From contig JAPMXV010000030.1 of assembly GCA_026936335.1 (NCBI GenBank), positions 186,001 through 250,000 of the forward strand: a stretch of 64,000 nt of DNA. The letters run 5' to 3'. Positions 23,001-33,900 of this stretch are shown piece after piece. Position 1 is the first letter of the stretch. Every line of letters begins with the position of its first letter. Source of the stretch: Mantamonas sphyraenae STR306 (taxonomy: Eukaryota > Protista > CRuMs). The notes under the pieces were generated by a model. The model was not told where the DNA came from. It made no database searches and was given only the letters and a program-made list of their open reading frames with translations. A program made the position numbers and the translations under genes.

Positions 23001-23698
23001 TCCTGGTGCAGCTTGCGGTTGAACAGAATCACCGTTTCGTCTGCGTCGTCTGCGTCGTCTGCGGCGTCGGTGTCGGCAAAGAGCACGACGGGAGCGGCGT
23101 CGTCGCTCTCGTCGCTGCGCACAGAGCCAATAGAGACGTCGAGATGGACAATGGCGTCGGAATCATCAAGGATCGAGCCGGGGCTGGCGTGTGTGTGTTC
23201 ATGGCCGTGTGTGGAAAGCACGGTGTCGTCGAGTTGCTCGGTGCCCGCGCTTTTTAACGGAATTTGAAACACGACTTCGTCGTCGTCCTGCGTGGCATAG
23301 GAAACGCCTGAGGCGTCGAGAGCACTGTTGTTGCTGCTATCCAACAGGCTGGAGTCGCAGTCCGTGCTCCCCTGCGACAGGACGGTTTCGTCGAGATCCA
23401 TGTACGAGTTGTTGGCGTGTGACGGCCGTTCGTGTCGCACGTCGTCGTCGCCGTCGTCGGATACCTCGGTGCATGTGGACAACACAGTGGCGTCGAGATC
23501 TCCTGGAGAGGCCATGCGGCCGGTGTGCATGCGGTTTGTTGCATCGCGGAGCTGAAAGGTGACTTCGGCGTCCGGAGTGTGTGCAAATGTCAGGCCGCCA
23601 CGACTTTGAACAGGCGTGACGGGCGACACAGGCTCAGAGGTGCTTGATGATGAGGGTGGTGTCCCTGCAAACAATTGCTTGACCAGAGGGGACTGCAT
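20057..23698 (-). CDS. IQ-motif repeat protein with acidic N-terminal half
   Basis: About nine IQ motifs (AAMLIQRMTRG, AAVCIQTLWR, AATAIQRCVR, AAVRLQSWRR, ATIRLQAWWR); RIRW PP1-docking-like motif near the C-terminus. Likely start MQSPLVK. Confidence 0.7.
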   Translation of the reverse strand: MQSPLVKQLFAGTPPSSSSTSEPVSPVTPVQSRGGLTFAHTPDAEVTFQLRDATNRMHTGRMASPGDLDATVLSTCTEVSDDGDDDVRHERPSHANNSYMDLDETVLSQGSTDCDSSLLDSSNNSALDASGVSYATQDDDEVVFQIPLKSAGTEQLDDTVLSTHGHEHTHASPGSILDDSDAIVHLDVSIGSVRSDESDDAAPVVLFADTDAADDADDADETVILFNRKLHQDNTHSEAHDPLDDTVADATVLSFAEADSQLLTPASLNSHTSIDSVIHVPQYTRTPGSINSSVAEGRDESESESESEEDDEVDDDAMELDDVPAHTASPIARRESVLHGNDMMQLEVTKDDYLDLARALDADAEVNQDGEIEISFHHRFPRRSSSAAMAEIIGVRQEEHVDVGFLLSTEARRSALYDEDDEDLVDEDEEDDEDDVEDEEQDDSGLGMPSMDGSQGERLSLGSRLFGQAEGLDETVEINMGRINQRRSLGSLLSTSSRLNRYSFGSSINDTILSMSSRWTAGGGRLSMADFEGGSLSTEEDIDELLREELAAMLIQRMTRGLLGRLEAHARREGILIVQRCARRWLARRQRAAVCIQTLWRTHTQRVHAATAIQRCVRVFLARRRRAAVLESRHAAATVVQCLLRGHLVRRGSRECHFMRQRHLVVLCQRQVRVWASCRARRHDAAVRLQSWRRMLVSKRRFDTLRTHTRRMQQCVRAKQARASFVALRRATIRLQAWWRMQCARQKLADLRAAHKQRLRDRKHALLESSKRRRAMARANESGVGSSSRKNIGSDDRMGELMQRLSKQVKSTPKAATTPTTATPPGSADANEWQSADEAFPEWMDGNTKQGQDESQVVAVSLARLSFDREANAAALAVNSRKAAEAAARGRAGSIVNDAKSVIEKKRARLAHLKAEKEKLLRMQMSKGDSSKKPQDEDTSSTTATTPTTPKTPKTPKTPSSSSTNTPNANSSSKQDDMAVSGTPSATSHVIRRVQRRERQQTIEQEAQRAMGKLKHHLSQDTLQASSSSSSSTPSNNNSSSSSTTTPSSARSEAAETLAGLSTPELADVTEMHTTMNGRTTVRKYVVNNREAAAKINNRAKALAIINRNKNKTARAKNTLNKGLGASAKKVPPLDRRNKGRIRWADETYGVSLIETNLDCGREPSDPFPVTKTPATPGILMGRLDEQSFPYAEDAPENTLVPVLKKRDGALFG

Positions 23699-23778
23699 GC
23701 GATGCGGGGGGTTGTGTGTGTGTGGTGTGTATGTGTGTGTGTGGTGTGTTGTCTTGCGGGCGCAGGCGCAGCCAGCAA

Positions 23779-26318
23779 ATGGCAAGCATGGAGGTGGAAG
23801 CGAGTGCAAACGAGCAGACACAGCAAACAGAGCAGCAGCAAGAGCAGCAGCAGCAGCAGCAGGAAGTGGTGGCCAACAGCCAATCGAGCGCAGAGGAGAC
23901 GTCGCAGACGACAGCGGACAGCGTGGACGAGAACGCAGAAGACAAGGCGCAGGGCTCGCAGACGAGTTTGTCGGAAGCAGGTGGCAGTGACACAATGGAT
24001 GTGCAGGAGGGCAACGAGACGTCGGAGGAGGGAAGCGGAAAGGCGTCGTCTGCAAGTGACGATGAAGCGGAGGAGGAGGAGGGGGCACAAAACGAGATGG
24101 ACACGGAGGAAGCATCTGAGGAGAATGGATCACGGTCGCGTCGGCAACGCAAGGCGGCAAAGAAGAACACGGCTGTGGCAAAGGAGTCGGGGCGGTCGTC
24201 GTCCAAGTCGAGCACGCCGAGGCGTCAGAGCAAGTCCAAGGCGGTGTCGTTTGACAAGGAGCCTGAGTTTACGGCGGAGGAGGAACAGAACCAGCTTGTG
24301 GTGGGCGAGGTGTCGGATGAGATGTGGAACGAGACGCCCGACGAGGTGATCCCTGTGGAAGAATTCACGTACCCTGACGACGGGCCGTTTGAGGACTGGA
24401 TGCAACACGGAGCGATGGTGTTTCACTCGTACACGACGAATGCACCGTACTGGCCGGCCATGGTAAGTGTGTGGAGGGCGTGGCGGAGGAGTGGCGGGCG
24501 CAACAGGAGGGTGAAGAGGAGCAGGCCTCGAGAGATTTGGCGCGCAATTGGCGCGGCTGACACTTTGGGCTGACCTGGCGGGGCAACAGGTGGTGCGACC
24601 GAGTCCCAATGACATTGAAAAGTACAATGGATGCAAGCGCGTGCGTCGAGTGGCGTACCTGGGCTCGTTTGAGACGTACGTGAGGCGAGGGGCCAGTGAC
24701 GTTTGGGAGGGAGTGAGGCAAACGGAGCGGCGGGCTGACACGTGTGCACCTGCGTGGACACAGTGGAATGATCCGAGATGGGATGAAGAGTGTGGTGAAG
24801 TACACGCCGGAAAACGTGGAGAAGTTCATTGGGGACAAGCGCAAGCTCCCGCCAAAGATGGCGGAAGAGTGGCGCACGGCGATCTTGCAGATGCGAGTGG
24901 ACGCCAAGAACCCGGACTTTCGTGAGATCTTTTACGAGACGTACATCAACACGTGCAGCATGTACTGGTACCAGACGGAGCGGCCGGCGCAGCTGAAGAA
25001 GAAGAAGAAGCGCAAGGCGGAGCTGGAGGCCGGGGAGGACGAATCTGTGCTGGAGCAGGGCGGACGCCGGCGACGCGGAGGACGTGGAAGCAAAAAGGGA
25101 GGCGGACACAGGAAGCGGGTGCTGGACGACGAAGACGACGAGGACGACGACGCACTGGAGTTTGATGAGGAGGAAGAAGACGATCCGCTGGACGAAGACG
25201 ACGGCGACGACGACATGTTTGACGCCACAGAGGCGGCACGCAAGATCAAACGCAAGCAGCAAGCAAAGAAGAAGCGCAAGACAGAAGGGCAGGACGGGAG
25301 TGGGAGCAAGAGCAGCAAGAGCGGGAGCAGCGGAAGCGGAAGCCGTGGAGGGAAGGGCAAAAAGAAGGCGGTGGAGGAGATGAAGCTGCCTGTGGAGGTG
25401 CTGCAACAGCTGCGCAATGTGGGCGAGGCTGTGGTGCCACCAGCAAAGTATTCGGAGGAGATGCGCGGGAGTGCGCAGAAGATGTTGGAGCAGCTGCTGG
25501 TGTGCGAGACGCCGAGCGAAGGGGAGCTGAAGCAGACGCGTATGGGCACGGTGGTGAATGTGCTGACGAAACACCCGGACACACACGTCAAGGCGGCTGC
25601 GCTGCGGCTGATGGCCAAGTGGAAGCGAGTGTTGCAGGAGAGGAAGCTGGGCATCCAGACGACGCCCAAGGCTTCTCCCCAGGCGTCTCCCAAGGTGTCG
25701 CCGAAAAAGGTGGCCAAGAGCAAGCCGGCGCCAAAGAAGAAGAAGGAAGAAGAGGTGGAGAAGCCGAAGCCCGTGGTTGTGGAGACGACAAACGTGGCGT
25801 CTGCAGCGAAAGCGGCAGAGGAGAAGGCAGCGTCGCCCAAGGTGGAGAAGAAGAAGGGACCGCCGAAGGTGGTGCAAGCAAACAATGTGGTGCACGCATC
25901 GCCAGTGCTGGGCGGGAACAGCGTGGTGGGCGGCATGAGCAGCAGCGGAAGCGTAGGCAGCAGCGGGAGCAGCGGCCTGGGAGTCAAGAAGAGTCCAATG
26001 TTGGTGCTTGGGGGTGGCAAGGCGACCACGAGTGTGGTGAATGGGAACGGGGCAGGTGCCGGGGCTGGCGATGCAATGAGGAAGCTGGCGCTGGGGTTGA
26101 GCACACGCATGAAGGAAGGCATCGAGGACGCGCGGGAACGGCAGGCTGTGGCGGATCGTGTGGCCAAGATGATTCATGCGTATGCGGCGGAGAAGGGAGT
26201 GGACCGCAAGGCGGTGGTGCGTGCGGTGGCGACGAATCTGAAAGCGGAGCTGCAGACGCTGCGCAAGACGACGGAGAAGGAGGGACTGTTTGCGGTGTTT
26301 GGCAGGCTGTTGGGATGA
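23779..26318 (+). CDS. PWWP + TFIIS-N (TND) domain chromatin/elongation protein (introns ~24463-24589, ~24676-24763)
   Basis: APYWPAM|VV..VAYLG (PWWP-like); ELKQTRMGTVVNVLTKHPDTHVKAAALRLMAKWK (TFIIS N-terminal bundle). Confidence 0.7.
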
Positions 26319-26391
26319 ACGGCGTCGGGAGATGTGGGAGGGAGTGAGATGGATGGAGCGACAGGGGCGCCAGCGAAAGTGAGAGCGGACC

Positions 26392-27785
26392 ATGTCGTCG
26401 AGCAGCAGCAGCAGCAGCAGCAGCGAGAGCGTGGAAGCAATGAAGTCGCGGGTGCGGCTGACGGATATCAAGCCGGAGAACGTATGTTGCGTGTTGGGTG
26501 GAGAAGGAGAGAGGAAGGCGGACTTTTTGCGGGTGGGCAACGCTGACTCGGGAAAGGGGCCGTGGCGCAGGTCAAGACGATGCAGAACAAGCAGAGCATG
26601 GAGGAGTTTATGCAGGGGTTCACCATTGCCATCCAGGAGCTGACAGAGGACACGATTGTGTTTGATATGGCCGGGTGCGACGCGGCGTTTGCAAATGCGC
26701 TGCGGCGCATCTTGTTGGACGAGGTGCCGACGATGGCGATTGAGCACGTGCTGATGAACAACAACACATCTGTGATCCAGGACGAGGTGCTGGCACACCG
26801 ACTGGGACTGATTCCGATCCATGCCGACCCGAGCGTGTTTGAGTTTGAGAAGGACAGCTTCAGCGACCTGTCGTCGTTCGACCAGCCCAAGCCAGGTGAG
26901 GGGAAAAGGAGGGAGGGAATGAGAGGGAGGGGGAAGGGAGGGCGAGGCAGAAAGGCAGGCGGGGCGACTGCACGTGCGGGAGCGAAAGACAAGAGGGGAG
27001 TGCTGACACGCAGGCGTGGACGGCGCGAGGGAACGCAGACCAGACTCCAGGAGAGGACCCGCGAAAGACGATCAAGTTCCGGCTGAACGTGACGTGCACG
27101 CACAAGACGCAGCAGGAAAAGGTTGCCGAGGAGGAGAACGAGGACGGAGACGGGTCGCCGTACAAGAACCACAAGGTGTACTCTGGGGACCTGGAGTGGA
27201 TTCCGCTGGGAGACCAAGCCGAGGAGTTTGTTGGAGAGGAGGCGTTCCGGCCCGTGCACGACGACATCCTGCTGGCAGAGCTGCGTCCGGGCCAGTCACT
27301 GGAGATGGATCTGCTTGTGAAGAAGGGGGTGGGCAAGGAGCACGCAAAGTGGTCGCCCGTGGGCACCGCGTCGTACAGGCTGCAGCCGGAGATCCTTGTG
27401 GCTGAGGGTGTGGAGGACGAGCACGCGAGCCACCTGGCGGAACTGTGTCCGCGCAACGTGTTTGATATCGAAGATTTGGGCAACGGTCACCAGGGGATCA
27501 CGGTGGCCAGGCCTCGTGAGTGCACCATGTGTCGCGAATGTGTGCGCGACCCGAACGATGCACGCGTGGTGACCCTGCAGCGGGTCAAGGATCATTTCAT
27601 TTGTAAGTGTGCGAGGTCAGGAGGGGTGAGTGAGAGGTCTGCGGATGGCTGACACGGCATGTGGGAGTGCAGTTTCGGTCGAGTCGGTGGGTCAGATTCC
27701 TCCAGAGAAGCTTGTCAAGACGGCGCTGGAGATTCTGCAGGAGAAGTGTCAAGAGGTGACACGACAGCTGGTGAGCATTAGTTGA
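26392..27785 (+). CDS. POLR1C: RNA polymerase I/III shared subunit AC40 (3 introns)
   Basis: [83 protein letters not shown]. Confidence 0.95.
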
Positions 27786-27860
27786 TTGGGGAGTGAGAAG
27801 GTGATGATGAGAAGAGAAAGAGGAAAATGGAGAGATTCGTTGCCAAGGAATTGATTTGGA

Positions 27861-29217
27861 TCAGGCGGCGGCGGTGCGGCGGCTGCGTGCGGTGAGCTTG
27901 ACATCGGCCTGTGTCTTGAGGTCGAGCGTGCGGCAGGAGTCAAAGTTTGCGGTGGTGAGGTTTGCGAGGGTGTTGACAAAGGCGCGGACGGCCTTTGGGG
28001 AGAGGCGGACGACCTTTGTGGCAATGACCTTGTTGAGGCTGGTGCAGGATTCGGCGAGGGCGTTGATGGCCACGTCGGTGAGGGGCAGGACGCTGATGTT
28101 GAGGTCGAGGAGGTTGGAGGCGCAGGGGCTGTTTGCAAGGGCGAGGAGGCCGTCGTCGCTGATCTTTGTCTGGCTAATGTCGAGGCGCAGGAGGTTGGGA
28201 CAGGAGTCTGCAAGGACGGTCATGGAGTCGTTGGTGATGTTCTTGCAGAAGGCAATGTCGAGGGAGGTGAGCTTGGAGAGCTTGCTGAGGATGGCCGAGA
28301 GACCCGTGTCGGAGAGGGCGGCGCATGCACGGAGGCTGAGGGAGGTGAGGTTGGTAAAGTGGTTGGCAATGGAGGCGGCAGCGACGTCGTTGATGGCGTT
28401 GGAGCAATGCGAGAGGGAGAGCGAGGTCAGGTTGGGGCAGCCCTGGCCGAGAGCCTCGAGGGCCGTGCCGTCGATACGGACGCAAGAGGAGAGCTGGATC
28501 ACAGAGAGGTCGGAGCAGTCTGGGGATTGGAGGATGGTTGAGGAGGAGCAGGGGTGAGTGTGGAGGAGCGGGAGGAGCGGGAGGAGCGGAAGGGGGTGAT
28601 GGAATTCGAGAGGGTTTGTGCAGATGGGAAGTGAGGCTTTGGAACGCGAATGGAGGGAGGAGGCAGATAGAGACGGGTGGAGGCGGTGGAAGAGAGGAAA
28701 ACGGGGGAGTGGGAAGTGGGACGGAAGGCGTGGGATGGGACACGTACGCTGGGCAAGGGCGCCGATTCCTGTGGTGGTGGCGTAGCTTCGGTTGAGGTAG
28801 AGCTCGCGAAGGCCCGTGCAGGCGGCCGCGATGATCTCGAGCTCGTCGTCGCCGATGGATGTGTTTGTGGCGATGAGGACGCGGAGGTTGGGGAAGCGCT
28901 CGGCAAATGGCGGCGGCGGCAGCGGCGTCGTCGCCCCAGGAGATTGCGCTGAGGTTGATGACCTCTGTGTCGGCGGGGAGGGTGGTAAAGTCAAAGGGCT
29001 CGCGCTTGAGCTTGCGCTCGTGGAGGACGCTGTCGTATTTTGTGTCGTCGTCGTCGGAAGAGTCTTCTTCGTCGACAGAGGCGTTTGCGGCGGTGATCAT
29101 GGCCGCGGCGGTGATGTCGTCGTCTTCCTCGAGGGCGGCTGTGGTGGCGGTGGTGGTGGAGGAGTCCTCCGTGGTGGTGGGTTCCGTGGCGGTGGGTTCC
29201 TCAGTGGTGTTTGACAT
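27861..29217 (-). CDS. Cysteine-containing LRR protein (FBXL/AMN1-like; indel ~28909; intron ~28747-28555)
   Basis: Repeats such as CPNLTSLSLSHCSNAIND, NLTSLSLRACAALSDTGL and CPNLLRLDISQTKISDDGL. Confidence 0.8.
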
Positions 29218-29218
29218 T

Positions 29219-29321
29219 GGGGGGGTGGGGGTTGGGGTTGGGGGGTGGGATTTGGGTGGGTGGAATGGCGTGGGGGGTTGGGGGTGAGGTTGAGATTGGA
29301 GAAGGGGAGCTGAGGGGTGGG
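29219..29321 (+). repeat. G-run tract (G-quadruplex-capable) between the LRR and 7TM genes
   Basis: Many G4-G7 runs separated by 1-5 nt. Confidence 0.7.
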
Positions 29322-29341
29322 CATGAGGGATAGTATGCGAT

Positions 29342-30682
29342 TTATGAGAGTCGTGTTAAAAACACGTCTGCGTTGACGTTGTTCAGGACAAAGGTGGCGA
29401 GCACGAGAACAAGCGAGAAAACACTCCGCACCATTTGCGGTGTGATGGTGGTTCCAAGGAGCTTGAGGCCTGTGTTGCTGCCACGGATGTGGTTGATGGC
29501 TGCTGTGCAGGCCGGAGAACCGAGGTGATGCGTGTGGACCCAACGCTGGCAGAATCGCACACATTCTTGGTGCCGTGAAGTGATCCGACCATACCAGTAG
29601 AGAACGACGAAGATGTGAACAATGGACAAGGTGATTGCGATGTAGAGAGCGTGAATCCTGGTGTTCGTGTGGTCTCGAAATGAGACGAAAAGAACGAGCA
29701 CATACACCAAACCGAAGAACGAACTTAGGAGCTCTGGCACGGTGATCCACTGAAGCTCCACTGAGAGTCTCTCCATGACTTCATGCAGTCCTGCGTGCAT
29801 CGAATGGATGCGGCGGGCACAGGCTTGGTCGTCTTCGTCGACATTCTGTTCCATCTGCGCCACATTCCACTGCAGGAATGATGAGGCTGACTTCTTCGTT
29901 GCGTACAGAACAAAGATCGTTAGAGCAGTAGCCCCTGTTGACAGGAAAGAGGCCAAGACTCCCATAGACAGGTACGCGTACACTATCGGATTGGTTGCCT
30001 GATCCGGTCGCCTTGCGAGACCCTCAGACAGCCAAACGAAACTATCGACCATAGCGTAGCATTGAATGATGACAATGTACCAGAAGGCCAGTTTTGCTGG
30101 TTGCTCAAGGGTCTTCTTGTCGTAGAGAAGGCCGCCACCCCAGAACCGTGTCACGCGGTCCAGGACCTTGATCAACTGAGTTCGAGCAAAGATGTAGGTG
30201 CCAAACATAGTGAGTAGCGTAAAACTTGATGAGATCACAACGCTTGCGCTGCCAGCCATCACGCCAAGCGCGAGGAACACGACCAAAAGAAGGAACGTGG
30301 TTGTCAGCGCAAAAAGCCGCACGATTCCACCGATCGAGCACATGTCCGGAGGCACAAGGTCGCCCATTGAGAAGCCAAACTTGAAGTAGTCAAAGAGCCG
30401 GTACGGGCTCTGCTTGAGGGCTCGCTCGACGCCCGAAACCGGGTTGCGAGAGGATTCTTGGTGACGCGCGATCGCTTGGAGCAGCCCCTTGCGGTCGGCA
30501 GAGGTGATCCACACCATCGTGATGTTCAGAGCGATCATTAAGCGATTCAGCCACGTGTGATCGGTGTTTCCGGAAGCATCCTGTGCCTCGATGTCGTCAA
30601 AGGCCATGTAGTGTTGCGGCATGTTGTCTTGCTCGCCACGGCGCGAGCCCTCGCTCAAATCCGATAGACCGTGTGGAACCAA
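29342..30682 (-). CDS. Gustatory-receptor-like / DUF3537-like 7-TM ion channel (7TMIC superfamily)
   Basis: Seven hydrophobic segments; long amphipathic loop between TM4 and TM5; LYWYGRITSRHQ after TM6; split TM7 AINHIRGSNTGLKLLGTTITPQMVRSVFSLVLVLATFVL. Intronless. Confidence 0.65.
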   Translation of the reverse strand: MVPHGLSDLSEGSRRGEQDNMPQHYMAFDDIEAQDASGNTDHTWLNRLMIALNITMVWITSADRKGLLQAIARHQESSRNPVSGVERALKQSPYRLFDYFKFGFSMGDLVPPDMCSIGGIVRLFALTTTFLLLVVFLALGVMAGSASVVISSSFTLLTMFGTYIFARTQLIKVLDRVTRFWGGGLLYDKKTLEQPAKLAFWYIVIIQCYAMVDSFVWLSEGLARRPDQATNPIVYAYLSMGVLASFLSTGATALTIFVLYATKKSASSFLQWNVAQMEQNVDEDDQACARRIHSMHAGLHEVMERLSVELQWITVPELLSSFFGLVYVLVLFVSFRDHTNTRIHALYIAITLSIVHIFVVLYWYGRITSRHQECVRFCQRWVHTHHLGSPACTAAINHIRGSNTGLKLLGTTITPQMVRSVFSLVLVLATFVLNNVNADVFLTRLS

Positions 30683-30866
30683 CTGAGGGAATGCTGTTAG
30701 ACGGTGTTGATACGTTTGTATTGAGGTTCAGAGTGTGCCTGAGCCTGGAAGCGCGCATAGACGGCACGCAACCCGGCGACTCGACAATCGGCGCATCTCT
30801 TCACTGTCCAAGAGGACGCACACTTCCCAACAGAGTGTCATTGTGGTGCAACATGGACACCGCGGC

Positions 30867-30919
30867 ATGGCAGCCAAGATGAACCCACGCAGACCCGAGA
30901 CCTTTCCCCAATCCGATTC

Positions 30920-30950
<31 letters not shown>

Positions 30951-33900
30951 AAAGAAGAGAAAGAAGAAGGAGAAGAGGAAGCCTTGCCCTCGCCGCTGAT
31001 TGTGGCGGCGCGACGAGGCGACGTGAACGGGGTGAACGCGGCGCTGAGTGCTGGCGTGGATTCCGACCAACCGGACAAGTTTGGTTGGACGGCGTTGCTC
31101 CACGCAGCAGAGAAGAAGCACGTGTCCTGTGTGGTTGCGCTGCTTGACGCAGGTGCCAGTGTCGACGCCGGCCCTGGCAAACACGGCGCGGGCACAGCGC
31201 TGATCAGAGCAGCGATTCAAGGGGCGACGGCGTGCGTGGAGGCGCTCCTCACGGCAGGCGCAAGTGTGCATGCGCGAGACGATGATGATTGGACGGCGTT
31301 GCATGCAGCATCTGTGAGTGGCAGCGTGGACTGCGTCGAGGCGCTGGTGGCGGCGGGTGCGGATTTGGACGCCCAGTCCTGCAAGGGCATCACCCCGTTG
31401 ATGATGGCTGCACAGAGTGCGACAGACAAGAACGAGTATGAGTACGAGGAGGGTGAGCGTCCAGACGTGCCACTTGGTCATTTGCTGTGTGTGGACGCGT
31501 TGCTAGCTGCCGGAGCCGACGTGCGCGCGTGCTCCGACCAGTATGGGACGGTGCTGCACGTTGTGTCGACACATGGCCACGAAACGTGTTTGCGCAAGCT
31601 GTTGGCTGCTGGGGCAGACCCTGAGCAGCGGAACGCGCATGGTTGCACGGCGTTGCACCGTGCCGTAAAGTGCGAGGACACAGGCTGCCTACAGGCGCTG
31701 GTAGAGGCAGGTGCACAGTTGGAAGCAAAGGAGACGCGTCGCGGGTTTACACCGCTGGCGGTGGCAGCCAACCGGGGCAACGTGGCCGCTGTGAAGCTGT
31801 TGCTGCAGGCAGGAGCCGATGTGCACGCTGTGGGCGAGCATAAACACACAGTGCTGATGCTTGCGGCAGAAAAGGGTCACCGTGAATGTGTGCGTGTGCT
31901 TCTGGACGCTGGTGCAGCTGTCAATCAGGCCACCGACGCGGGCGGGACGCCGCTGCTCGTGGCCGCTCTCCATGGGTACTCGGACGTCATGGAGATGCTT
32001 CTGGCAGCAGGCGCCGACACGCAGGCACGCGACTCTGAACAGTGGACTGTGCTCCACTCGGCCGTGGTTGGCGGCAATGCAGCATGTGTGCGTGCGCTAG
32101 TGGACAGTGGCCGCGTCGACCTGGACGCAGTGACCGAAAAGAGCTGGACTGCGTTGCACAGCGCCGTACGCAACGGCCATGAGGACATGGTGTCCATGTT
32201 GCTGGATGCAGGCGCAGACGCGACGGTGAAAATGATCGAAGGGAACGACGCTCTCATGTTGGCCGCCAAATTCGGAAGAGTCGAGTGCATCCAGCTGCTG
32301 CTGCAAGCAGGCATGGACGTCGACGTACGCGGATTCCGCAACATGACCCCTCTGATTCGTGCGGTGCTGCACGGCCACGTAGAATGTGCACGCGTGCTGT
32401 TGGAGGCAGGCGCAGACGTAAACGCGGCAGACGAGTCGAAACGCACGCCACTGGTGCAGGCCGCGCATGAAGGACACGTCGAGTGCCTGCGTTTGATCCT
32501 ACAGGCAGGCGGTGAGGTGGACCAGCGGTTTGAACACGGTGGAACAGCGCTGCTGGTGGCTGGGCTCGCAGGCAACACCGAGTGTGTTCGCCTGCTCCTG
32601 GAGGCAGGCGCAGACGTGCACGTGCGCGACGACGACGGATGGACGCCGTTGCATTCGTCTGTGATCGGCGGCGATCCTGCGTGCATAGCGCTGCTCGCGG
32701 CCGCTGGCGCAGACGTCAATGCGCGTGACAATCGCCAAGCCACACCGGTGATGCTTGCTTCCGAAGCAGACAACGTCGCAGTGATGCACGCGTTGGTGGA
32801 TCTGGGTGGCGACATACACGCGCAGGACAGCACGGGGCGAACGGCGCTGGTGCAGGCCGCACAGCTCGAGAAACACGCAAATCTGGCCTTTCTGATCGAC
32901 GCAGGAGCAGGTGTGGACTGTTTGATGAGCAACCGCACGACGCCCGTGTTGATGGCCGCTCAAAACGGGCGCGTGGAGGTGTTGCGACTGCTGGTGGAAG
33001 CAGGCGCAAAACTGGACGAACGAACAACCAACGGACGCACAGCACTCATGCAGGCTGCCAAGAACGGACATTCCGCGTGTGTCAAACTCCTGTTGAGCGC
33101 GGGGGTGCAGGTGGACGCGGTGGAAGACATAGGAAGGTCGTCGCTGATGCAGGCGTCCTCGAAAGGCCACGCCGACGTGGTGGCGCTGCTGCTGGAGGCA
33201 GGCGCAGACAGAAATCTGGCAGGTTGCGACGGATGGACGCCGTTGATGCTGGCTGCCAACGGCGGATTTCGAGAGAGTGTGGAGCTGCTTCTGGCGGCGG
33301 GTGCGGATGTGCACGCAGCCAATGTGTTTGGCCGCACGGCGTTGATCCAAGCGGCACAAGGCGTTGGAGACAAGAGTTGCCTGCAGCTGCTTCTGGACGC
33401 TGGTGCCAGGGTGGACGTGGAGGCCGAGGGCGAGTGGCAACCGTTGATTGTGGCCGGCGACTGCGGCAATGCCCAAGGCATAGCGGCCCTTCTGGAAGCA
33501 GGGGCCAATGTGAATGTAGAGCCAGGCCACAGGAGTGCTCTGTTGCAGGCGGCGCACAACGGACACGCAGAGTGTGTAAAGGTTCTGCTGGAAGCTGGAG
33601 CCAGTCTGAAAGGCGCATTCAATGTCACGCCGCTGATGCAAGCGGCACAAGAGGGACATTTGGAGGTGGTCGAGCTGCTTCTGGATGCAGGGGACGATGC
33701 ACACGCCAAGAGCGACCTTGGACGAACGCCGCTGATCCAAGCGGCGCAGAACGGACACACCGACGTGGTGGCCAGGCTTCTCAAGGAAGGCGTGGACGTG
33801 AACGCAAGAACCAACTCGAATCTGACTGCGTTGGTGTCTGCGGCCGAGCGCGGCCACGAGGCGGTGTTGGATTTGCTGCTGGAGGCCGGCGCAGATGTGC

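Noticed and set aside
24423-26822. 799-aa minus-strand ORF, and similar shadows at 5198-6928, 43808-46033, 48404-50686 and 61208-62704
   Set aside because: Antisense to well-supported genes; stop-poor because of codon bias.
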